The position numbers and the translations under genes were made by a program. The notes beneath the pieces were generated by a model, which worked only from the letters and a program-made list of their open reading frames with translations, was not told where the DNA came from and did no database searches. Shown here piece after piece: positions 56,966 to 64,000 of a stretch of 64,000 nucleotides of DNA (positions within the stretch are counted from its first letter, which is position 1; each line of letters starts with the position of its first letter). The DNA comes from a virus (Duplodnaviria > Caudoviricetes): positions 1,021-65,020 of the IMG/VR virus record IMGVR_UViG_3300036781_000714, one strand, 5' to 3'.

Positions 56966-57557
56966 TTCCTGTACTCACGTTGAGCGATTCATACAGCGCA
57001 TCGATCCACGCGTTCGCGCGGGAGCATCGCTCTAACTCGTCTGCGTAGTGTTCGCGCGCGCTTTCCAGCGATCGTTCCGCGCGCGCGCGTTCCTCCGCCA
57101 GCCACTTCGCGCCATCGATATGCTGTGGCGTCGTGGCCCACTGATGGCTATCGCGACACAGTTCGATCTGCTCACGCATGAATCGCTTGAGCGCATAGTG
57201 GTCGGATGTCGGCGGCGTCCATGCATCCACATGAACGAGCATCGCGTCGTACTTCGCGTTCTTCTCGGCCTGGTCGGCCTGATAGCGCTCGTGGGCGGCG
57301 ATACGCCGCTCATCAGCAAGCATCGCTTCCACCGTCGCTTCGTCGACGGTCATCGCATTGAGCCGGGCCAGCGCCGCGGTCTCCGTCTTCACACGATCCG
57401 CATAGTACGGCGCGACTTCCCGATGCTTCGGCGGCTCGCTTAGCGGATTATCGCGCTGCATGATCGTCGCGCCGAACGCCCGGGCGCAGGTCAGCGCGAA
57501 CGTCGCGAAATCGGTAATCGTGCCGTCTTCGATTCCTGCGGTGTAGCCGGTTGGCAT
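56958..57557 (-). CDS. Phage protein
   Basis: MPTGYTA..FATFALTCARAFGA; WTPPTSDHYALKRFMREQI. Confidence 0.7.
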   Translation of the reverse strand: MPTGYTAGIEDGTITDFATFALTCARAFGATIMQRDNPLSEPPKHREVAPYYADRVKTETAALARLNAMTVDEATVEAMLADERRIAAHERYQADQAEKNAKYDAMLVHVDAWTPPTSDHYALKRFMREQIELCRDSHQWATTPQHIDGAKWLAEERARAERSLESAREHYADELERCSRANAWIDALYESLNVSTGNV

Positions 57558-57558
57558 C

Positions 57559-57792
57559 TTAGGGCATCTCCTGGGGGACGGCGGGGTGAGAAGCGGACCG
57601 TGGCTCAACACCGAGACGCTTGCCCGCGCGTCGCATTCTCCGCTCATGCGCAGCTAAGATGCGGGCGTGATCCGCGTCGCTGATTGGCTGCTTCTTGACG
57701 TATTTCTTGGCGATGGGAATCCACTTGGCCGAGGCACGCTCGACCTCGGTGAGTTCGTCGGCGTTCTTGATCTCACGCGTCTCGATGTTCAC
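57559..57792 (-). CDS. Hypothetical protein
   Basis: AAGGAGG RBS; 77 aa. Confidence 0.55.
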   Translation of the reverse strand: MNIETREIKNADELTEVERASAKWIPIAKKYVKKQPISDADHARILAAHERRMRRAGKRLGVEPRSASHPAVPQEMP

Positions 57793-57992
57793 GCGGCATC
57801 CTCCTTCGCGAGCAACGCACGCACGGCGGCATCCTTCGCCTCCAACAGCTTCCGCAGCGCGACGGTGCGCTCAGGATTGCGCGGAAGAGTATCCACGATG
57901 GTTTGCGCCATCTCACCGAAGGGCTTCGACACCGCCTGGAGATGCGCCGGGAGGTGGCTGTACGCAAAGAACTGGATGATGTGTTCGTTCAT
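57789..57992 (-). CDS. Small helical-hairpin protein (possible Acb2/Tad1-like sponge)
   Basis: IQFFAYSHLPAHLQAVSKPF..LPRNPERTVALRKLLEAKDAAVRA. Confidence 0.6.
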   Translation of the reverse strand: MNEHIIQFFAYSHLPAHLQAVSKPFGEMAQTIVDTLPRNPERTVALRKLLEAKDAAVRALLAKEDAA

Positions 57993-58246
57993 GGCTGGTC
58001 GTCCGGGTTGGGAGAGTCGAGCACGGTGAGCGCCCATTGCGCAGCGGCGGGGGCGATGACAGCACGGTCAGAGCACATCGCGATGATGCGCGAATCGCTT
58101 CGGTCCTGCTTATTCGCGACTGGGATGATCACGCCGAAGTGCTGGCCCGGGGGGAGCGTGGACCGCACGTAATGCATGATGTCTTCGGCGAGCGGGGCGA
58201 GCGCGAGCAGATAGCCCGCGTCCTCGTCGGATTCAGGGTTAGCCAT
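57989..58246 (-). CDS. Hypothetical protein
   Basis: MANPESD...; GAGGAG RBS. Confidence 0.55.
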   Translation of the reverse strand: MANPESDEDAGYLLALAPLAEDIMHYVRSTLPPGQHFGVIIPVANKQDRSDSRIIAMCSDRAVIAPAAAQWALTVLDSPNPDDQP

Positions 58247-58535
58247 GCGTCCGCTCCTCGCGCTCGGAGGCGACAGCAACGCGCGACCGAAATAGAATCG
58301 GCTTAGACGGAAGACTCTCGCCGTCATAAATCCAGAAACTTCCATCCCCGTTGCGCACGCCTTCATGGATGCCGGTGCTTCCCGCTTCGATCAGTTCCAA
58401 CGGCGTGTCGCTCGGCGCATACAGCGTCTCGCGCCATCCGAGCTTCTGCAGCTCATGGTACGCGATGAACATGCGATCGATGAGACGACGCTCAGCCGAA
58501 CTCGCCTCAACTTTCTTAGTTGCCACGGGCGCCAT
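58239..58535 (-). CDS. Hypothetical protein
   Basis: LQKLGWRETLYAP..IEAGSTGIH. Confidence 0.55.
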   Translation of the reverse strand: MAPVATKKVEASSAERRLIDRMFIAYHELQKLGWRETLYAPSDTPLELIEAGSTGIHEGVRNGDGSFWIYDGESLPSKPILFRSRVAVASEREERTHG

Positions 58536-58694
58536 CCCTCTGATTGGAAGACGCCGCGCCGCGCCGGACAGACTCAACGGTGAAGAGCGCATCATCGCAC
58601 CACGGACACCCGCAGTGACATTCCGTTTGTTCGTCGTCGAGCGGGCGATAGCTGCCGCACGCGCAGGATTCCGCCGTGCATTTATTACTTTCGC

Positions 58695-58979
58695 TCATGT
58701 GTTGGCGTCCTCGCGCTCGCCGGGAAATCCCGTGTCTGGTCCCGCCATGAGTGACGTGAGGTGCGCATCGGGCTCGATCGGCGCGCGTAGCTCGAACTCG
58801 TCGACACTGACTCGCGGTTCGCCCGGATGTAGCCCGCGATCTAACCCCAGAAAGCGAAAACGCACGCGACACACCGAACAGCGCACTTGGACGTCTGCGG
58901 CGAAGCTTCCCTTGTCTTCGATGCGGTTCACCCTCACATGCGCTTCAAACGTCGGGTGCTCGCAGAGCGGCTTAGCCAT
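58695..58979 (-). CDS. Hypothetical Zn-binding protein
   Basis: CEH...CSVCRVRFRFLGL. Confidence 0.55.
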   Translation of the reverse strand: MAKPLCEHPTFEAHVRVNRIEDKGSFAADVQVRCSVCRVRFRFLGLDRGLHPGEPRVSVDEFELRAPIEPDAHLTSLMAGPDTGFPGEREDANT

Positions 58980-59343
58980 TTGTCCCCTCGCGCTCGGCGG
59001 AAGAGACGGAAGCAGATGCCTCTTTGAGGTTGTCGCGGAAACGACGCATAGTCTCCAGAGCGCGAACCAGTTTGTCCGACTGCCATCCTTCATCGGACGG
59101 ACCCTCGTCCCAGATCGTCTCGTTGAACTCGATGAGGAATTCGAGCGCCGAGAGCAACTCGGCATCGTCCCTCGCTGACGGGTGAGCAGAACGCGGCGCG
59201 AGTTCTACCACGCGATAAGGCTTCGAGGCATGCAGCGCTGGAGACTCATTGCGCATCCGCGTCGCGGCTTCTGCCAACTCGCGCGACTCTTCCAGCATTA
59301 CACACTGATCGAGACCGTTGAATACTGCGTAATAGGTTGCCAC
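58972..59343 (-). CDS. Hypothetical protein
   Basis: AAGGAGG RBS; flanked by 17-bp direct repeats. Confidence 0.6.
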   Translation of the reverse strand: MATYYAVFNGLDQCVMLEESRELAEAATRMRNESPALHASKPYRVVELAPRSAHPSARDDAELLSALEFLIEFNETIWDEGPSDEGWQSDKLVRALETMRRFRDNLKEASASVSSAEREGTNG

Positions 59344-59390
59344 GGCTTAGTCCTCCTTCGCGGAAGAGACGGAAGCCGTTCTAGATTTGC

Positions 59391-60299
59391 TCATTTCACC
59401 TTCAGCCGCTTGGCGATTGAGGTGTAGTTCTCGCTGATCGCGGTGAGTTCAGCGCGCGCCTTTCGCTCGCGTTCTACATCGGACGCCCACTGCTCATCGT
59501 CGAGGAGCGACGTGATTTCGGAACGCACGAGTTCAGCGAGCACCGAGGGTTCGAGTGCGTCGAGTTCCCACGATTTGTTGCCGAAGAGCGTGCGATAACC
59601 TTGGAATCGCGAGTCGGTTTCCTTCGCGGGGTTCGGCGGCGGCCGATACTGACGCACTTGCGGCATATTCAACGCGAGGCGGCGCACGTCGACACCAACT
59701 GCGCCGAATAGCGAGAGGCGATCTTCGATGTCGCGTGTCATGTCGATGCCACTGGGGTCATGGTCGCCGAAGTGCAGCACCACGAGCTCCTTGTCCGCGT
59801 CGCTCTTCGCGGCGAGGCGCTGAGCGGCAGACCATACCTCAGAGTCCGACGTGTAACCGCGACACGAGAAGAACGGCACGCGAAGCGATTGCGCGACACG
59901 CTCGAAGACACCCATCAACGCGTCCTTCTCGAACCACACCTCGACGTAGTACGGCTGTTGCTCCCACAGATCGAGGCGGAAGACCTCGGAGTCTTCTTTG
60001 ATGATCGCGGCAGGCTCTTCCCACGAACCGAGCGATTTGAGATTGCGCGTGCGATCGACGATCGCGTCCCAGTCGATCAGGCCTGCGCGGCGCGCTTCCG
60101 AGATGAGATTCCCGAGGCGCTTATACTCGCTCTGTTTGTTTGGGATGAGATCGCGGCTCACGAACTGGTAATACAACTGACGCAACGTCAGGTCGTAGCC
60201 TTCGGCCCGATACGCCTCGATGATCTCGTTCGCCTGCTCGATCATCTTGAGCCGCGCCGGACCGAACTTCCGGTCTTCGTAGCAAATGAAGGGGCTCAT
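59391..60299 (-). CDS. Toprim-domain protein (Topo VI-A/Spo11-like architecture)
   Basis: LTLRQLYYQ, VEVWFEKDAL, RGY, FGDHDPSG, WELDAL. Confidence 0.8.
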   Translation of the reverse strand: MSPFICYEDRKFGPARLKMIEQANEIIEAYRAEGYDLTLRQLYYQFVSRDLIPNKQSEYKRLGNLISEARRAGLIDWDAIVDRTRNLKSLGSWEEPAAIIKEDSEVFRLDLWEQQPYYVEVWFEKDALMGVFERVAQSLRVPFFSCRGYTSDSEVWSAAQRLAAKSDADKELVVLHFGDHDPSGIDMTRDIEDRLSLFGAVGVDVRRLALNMPQVRQYRPPPNPAKETDSRFQGYRTLFGNKSWELDALEPSVLAELVRSEITSLLDDEQWASDVERERKARAELTAISENYTSIAKRLKVK

Positions 60300-60351
60300 G
60301 ACCGGGTGTTCTCCTGCGGGGAAGCGGGGAACGGAGACACGGCAAGAGGGC

Positions 60352-61131
60352 TCATGACGCGGCCTCGGCGAACTCAGGGTACATCGCGCGCTTCACCGCG
60401 TTGGCGATCGCGCGGCCCATCGGGAGCGGGACCCCGTTGCCGATCATTTTGCGAATAGCCGTGTCGGTAAACGGAGATTCCGCGAAAAGGTTTGGTGGTG
60501 CTCCTTGCCGACGGAGCATCTCAGCGATTGAAAGTCGCGGGCCGTTGCCGCTTGTGACGCGATTCGCCGGAACACCCGGCTTGGCCTTTCGCTTACCACT
60601 GCCGCCGATAGCAACCGGTTGAATGCGCGCGTCAGAGCAGACCGCGGGATACGATTGCTCGCCGTGGAGTGCACGCTGCTCAATGGTGAACGATGCAGGC
60701 GCGATGCCCGTGTGGAAATTATGAACGCCAAACGAGAAGCGGCGGAGACGCGACGTTTCCCCACCAACCCAATCATCGCGCACTAACTGCGAGCGGACGC
60801 GAAAATGAGGCGTATTGGGCTCCGGCGCCGCCTCAACGTTCTCCATCACGAACCAATGCGGCCGGGCATCGTTCACGACCCGCTCGAACTCGGGGATCAT
60901 GTTGCCGTGCTTTTCGCCGCAGCGTGGGTTCAGGCGCTTGAACGCCGAGAAGAGCTGGCAGGGTGGCCCGCCGATGATTCCATCGAAGCGATCAGCAGTC
61001 GGATGAAACGCGCGCACGTCGCCGCCCCACAGCAGATCGGGTCCGCGCACGACGCAGAACCCCGCTTCCTCGAACGCCATGTCGAGGAGCCCGATCCCAG
61101 GAAACAACGAAAGCACTAACGGCTGTGTCAT
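60352..61131 (-). CDS. DNA cytosine-5 methyltransferase
   Basis: LSLFPGIG, GGPPCQLFS, MENV, R.R.F, IGNGV. Confidence 0.9.
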   Translation of the reverse strand: MTQPLVLSLFPGIGLLDMAFEEAGFCVVRGPDLLWGGDVRAFHPTADRFDGIIGGPPCQLFSAFKRLNPRCGEKHGNMIPEFERVVNDARPHWFVMENVEAAPEPNTPHFRVRSQLVRDDWVGGETSRLRRFSFGVHNFHTGIAPASFTIEQRALHGEQSYPAVCSDARIQPVAIGGSGKRKAKPGVPANRVTSGNGPRLSIAEMLRRQGAPPNLFAESPFTDTAIRKMIGNGVPLPMGRAIANAVKRAMYPEFAEAAS

Positions 61132-62093
61132 CGGCTTCCTTCGCTCTCCTGCGGGGAAAGGGTGGCAACATTGGCAGTAGCAGCCAACGCCGCTTCCTCC
61201 GCAGCACACCGACGCATGTCCGCCATCGCGACGTCGTTCGACTCGTAGAAGCGCGGCGGGGACACGCGGATCGGGCTCGAGGCTTTGTAGATCAACTGCG
61301 CCGCGAGCTGCGTGTCGTGATACGCCTCTAGTGCGCGCCCGGCATCGCCCGCGAGCGTCACGACCCATCCACCGCGACAGTGCGTCGTGTCGCACGTATG
61401 CCAGGTGCTCATGTCGAGCGCGTTCGGTGCGGAGACAGCCGCGAGCACTTGCTGATGGATGTTCGGGATCTTCGGCACGTCCGACGACGGCACAACGTCA
61501 CCGCGCTTGCCACTGGCGCCGATGTCGCCCGAGCAATCCGAGCAATCCGAGCAATCCGAGCAACCCGAGCAATCCGAGCAACCCGAGCAATCCGAGCAAT
61601 CCGAGCAACCCGAGCAACCCGAGCAATCCGAGCAACCCGAGCAATCCGAGCAACCCGAGCAACGCGAGCAACGCGAGCAACCCGAGCAATCCGAGCAATC
61701 CGAGCAACCCGAGCAACGCGAGCAACGCGAGCAACCCGAGCAATCCGAGCAATCCGAGCAACCCGAGCAACCCGAGCAATCCGAGCAACCCGAGCAATCC
61801 GAGCAACCCGAGCAACGCGAGCAACGCGAGCAACGCGAGCAATCCGAGCAATCCGAGCAACGCGAGCAACCCGAGCAATCCGAGCAACCCGAGCAACGCG
61901 AGCAACGCGAGCAACCCGAGCAATCCGAGCAACCCGAGCAACCCGAGCAATCCGAGCAACCCCAACATCCTTGATTGCCGCGTTCTTCATCCCACGTCGG
62001 ATTGGTGTCGGCGAACGCTTGCGACACGCCGTTGATGGACGGATCTGGGCGACGGGCAAAGGCGGCATAGGACGCGAAGATTTCAGTTCTCAT
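61128..62093 (-). CDS. Cys-Ser-X tandem-repeat protein with phage C-terminal domain
   Basis: 48 x CS(D/G/R); C-terminal LDMSTWHTCDTTHCRGGWVVTLAG. Confidence 0.75.
   Translation of the reverse strand: MRTEIFASYAAFARRPDPSINGVSQAFADTNPTWDEERGNQGCWGCSDCSGCSGCSDCSGCSRCSRCSGCSDCSGCSRCSDCSDCSRCSRCSRCSGCSDCSGCSDCSGCSGCSDCSDCSGCSRCSRCSGCSDCSDCSGCSRCSRCSGCSDCSGCSDCSGCSGCSDCSDCSGCSDCSGCSDCSDCSDCSGDIGASGKRGDVVPSSDVPKIPNIHQQVLAAVSAPNALDMSTWHTCDTTHCRGGWVVTLAGDAGRALEAYHDTQLAAQLIYKASSPIRVSPPRFYESNDVAMADMRRCAAEEAALAATANVATLSPQESEGSR
61527..61958. repeat. 48 x 9-bp tandem repeat
   Basis: Units such as CCGAGCAAT / CCGAGCAAC / GCGAGCAAC. Confidence 0.95.
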
Positions 62094-62132
62094 ACGGTGG
62101 TCTCGGGTGAGGTGGGATAATGGTCCGTCGTG

Positions 62133-62714
62133 TCAGGCGTCATCGCGGCGCGTCCTCCGTCCGAGGAAACGAGACGTTGGTTTGAGAGATTCCACGTACT
62201 CATGGCACCGGGTGCAGCCTTTGAGCATTTGCTCAGGGACTTCGCCGCCGCCAAAATTGCGGTACGAACAGTGATGGTCACTTCTGCAGCGTCGCTGGCA
62301 GCGCGAGTAGCCTGCAGGCCGCGCGCGATCGACGCGGACGTCACGCACCAATGGCAACCGCGTCGGATCATCCGCGACCGAGAATTCACAGATGCCACCA
62401 GCGCGCGCCTCGACGATCTTCGCGGTTTCGCTCGCGTGATACTTTGCTAATCCCGCGCGATAGGCCTTGTCGCGCTTCGCCGCGTGTTCATGGTTCCGTT
62501 TCGGAATCGGCTTCCGAGGCTTGACCGCCTTCGGCATCGGTGAGGACCGCTCGAGTGAACTCGCCGCCAGCCGATTCGCGCTCGACACCACGCCATACAC
62601 AAACGGCTTGGGTTCGCGCTGCTTGGGCGCCGTGCGAGCGATGGTGGAGTTGTGATGCAACGCCACCGCGGCGAGGCGCCGAGCGCTCACCGTACGAGGT
62701 CTCGAGCGTTTCAC
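62133..62714 (-). CDS. HNH-like endonuclease
   Basis: VEARAGGICE...DHHCSYRNFGGGE...CTRCH. Confidence 0.6.
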   Translation of the reverse strand: MKRSRPRTVSARRLAAVALHHNSTIARTAPKQREPKPFVYGVVSSANRLAASSLERSSPMPKAVKPRKPIPKRNHEHAAKRDKAYRAGLAKYHASETAKIVEARAGGICEFSVADDPTRLPLVRDVRVDRARPAGYSRCQRRCRSDHHCSYRNFGGGEVPEQMLKGCTRCHEYVESLKPTSRFLGRRTRRDDA

Positions 62715-62971
62715 GGCAAGTCTCCCAGTCGGCGGAGGCAGTCCCCGCACAACTGTTCGTTTGGTCCGATGATCCCGCCCATGCAGACCGGGCACCGCGT
62801 GGCGCTGTCGGGCCAGAGCGTATTCTGGTTGCGCTGCATCTCTTCGTCGTGGCGGCCGGCGCCTTTATGCCAGCTCCACACGACGAACCAGATGATGATG
62901 ATCAGGCATCCGATTGAAATGGCCAGCACGTTGCTCGTGCCGCCCCCACCTACGATTGCTGACGGTACCAT
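62711..62971 (-). CDS. Small membrane/Zn-finger protein
   Basis: TM segment; CPVC..CGDC. Confidence 0.45.
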   Translation of the reverse strand: MVPSAIVGGGGTSNVLAISIGCLIIIIWFVVWSWHKGAGRHDEEMQRNQNTLWPDSATRCPVCMGGIIGPNEQLCGDCLRRLGDLP

Positions 62972-63031
62972 GCGAAACGCTCGGTAATAGATGTTCGTTA
63001 AATGCTCGTTAGATGTTCGTGAACTCGGCGA

Positions 63032-63430
63032 TTACGGCGTCTCGCGCGCGGCAAGATCGCGCAGATGACGTTCCTTCCATCGGCAATTCTTGTTGTGGTC
63101 GAGCTGTTCGTTGAGTCGATGACGTTGCCGACACTCCTCGCAGCGGGTTGCAAATCCCGATGAGGCTTTCCGGCCGCACCCGTCGACGCAGGGTCTGACC
63201 CTTGCGCGTTCGAGGTCCGAGACCGGCAGTGGCCGATCCTCCGAGGGCCGCGGTTTGCCGAAGTACCGACACGGGCCGTCGCACGCTTCGTAGGTCATGC
63301 CGGTCAGGACATGACTCCCAATTCTGAGCCAACCGCCGCAGTCGCAGCGAAGTGCATGTGCGCGCCCAGCCTGTCGCTCGGCGCTGTAATCGCGAATGGT
63401 GACGCTGATGACGCCGCCGTTAGCGCGCAT
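63032..63430 (-). CDS. Cys-rich hypothetical protein
   Basis: CDC, CDGPC, CVDGC, CEEC; GAGGAG RBS. Confidence 0.55.
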   Translation of the reverse strand: MRANGGVISVTIRDYSAERQAGRAHALRCDCGGWLRIGSHVLTGMTYEACDGPCRYFGKPRPSEDRPLPVSDLERARVRPCVDGCGRKASSGFATRCEECRQRHRLNEQLDHNKNCRWKERHLRDLAARETP

Positions 63431-63803
63431 GGGGATGCTCCTCCTCGATGTCGTCGAGGTCAGGGATGTCGTCGGTGGAATCGTCGAGGGAATCGGGGTC
63501 GACCGACACGTCGCCACCGACCGACGCGAGTTCGTCCGACCGGACAAGGAGCGCGATCGAGCGCGTGCTACCCGGCGCGCGGCGCAGCACCTTCTTCCGG
63601 CTCATGTTCTCGATGTGCTCGTGGACCGTCGCGAGTGACGCGAGGTCGAACGCCTTCGCGATCTCCTCGAATGACGGCGAGATCGCATGGCGGCGCGTGT
63701 ACGCCTCTATATAGAGGAAGATGTCGCGCTGTTTTTTTGTGAGCGGCTGGTGCGACGGCTCACGGGCGTCGGCAATCGCGCCACCGCAATGGGGACATTT
63801 CAT
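63420..63803 (-). CDS. LexA-type DNA-binding-domain protein (no peptidase domain)
   Basis: LTKKQRDIFLYI...SPSFEEIAKAFDLASLATVHEHIENM..K..LRR..STRSI. Confidence 0.85.
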   Translation of the reverse strand: MKCPHCGGAIADAREPSHQPLTKKQRDIFLYIEAYTRRHAISPSFEEIAKAFDLASLATVHEHIENMSRKKVLRRAPGSTRSIALLVRSDELASVGGDVSVDPDSLDDSTDDIPDLDDIEEEHPHAR

Positions 63804-63885
63804 CGGCGAGCCGTCCCCACGCGCACCTGACGGACCGTCACACCCTCTGCATCGGGCGTCGCCGCGCTATGCTTTCGATTGGGAT

Positions 63886-64000
63886 GCCTTTCCGTTCGGC
63901 GGCATGGAGCATCCCGGCGTCACGATGTTCAATGAAGAGTCATTCATATATCGTGAACCGCCCACGCTGAACCAGCGCCTTGGGCGCCGCGCAACGATCT
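63886..64000 (+). pseudogene. Internal fragment of host M1 (PepN-like) aminopeptidase beyond the prophage junction
   Basis: Frame reads AFPFGGMEHPGVTMFNEESFIYREPPTLNQRLGRRATI (GxMEx exopeptidase motif) with no N-terminal part upstream. Confidence 0.65.

Larger units (their letters stand above)
1..63888. mobile_element. Temperate prophage (podovirus/P22-like morphogenesis module); left end lies outside the window
   Basis: Integrase, CI/Cro switch, recombination, replication, terminase, portal, capsid, tail and lysis genes; host-type aminopeptidase sequence starts at about 63886. Confidence 0.9.

Noticed and set aside
61331-62120. Alternative-frame repeat ORFs (SNP, RAT/RAI, EQP, LLG, ARV repeats) and a possible CRISPR call
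   Set aside because: 9-bp tandem units have no spacers; only the CSx frame has sensible flanking domains and operon coupling
1-64000. Canonical CRISPR array, cas1/cas2, reverse transcriptase/DGR, tRNA or rRNA genes, IS elements
   Set aside because: None recognised by eye; a tRNAscan/Infernal/HMM run would be needed to exclude them formally

Overview
The window is almost entirely one GC-rich temperate prophage of about 64 kb with a podovirus/P22-like virion module. The host is possibly Gemmatimonadota, which is inference only. From left to right: (1) a large serine integrase cut by the window edge and missing from the ORF track; (2) an early recombination operon (SMC-like ATPase, putative annealase, YqaJ exonuclease); (3) a Cro/CI-like switch; (4) a TPR protein facing a small lipopeptide; (5) lysis genes (M15 endolysin); (6) an accessory island at 13.9-18.3 kb; (7) ejection/tail, capsid, scaffold, portal and terminase genes; (8) small late/middle genes (Tat-signal proteins, RyR domain, Csp, VRR-NUC, STAS); (9) a lambda-O-like initiator with five 22-bp iterons; (10) many small early genes (toprim, C5 methyltransferase, 48x Cys-Ser-X repeat protein, HNH, LexA DNA-binding domain); and (11) at the far right, a junction into a host M1 aminopeptidase fragment, a probable att site. 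The standout is the accessory island. It encodes a stand-alone RAMP/Cas7-like protein and an adjacent partner gene. It also carries a separately promoted and terminated non-coding array of GGY-NN pentamers in two units, with no CRISPR array or other cas genes. This is a candidate phage RNA-guided system that uses a non-contiguous dinucleotide code (VIPR-like). All protein calls come from motif recognition by eye; no database search was run.
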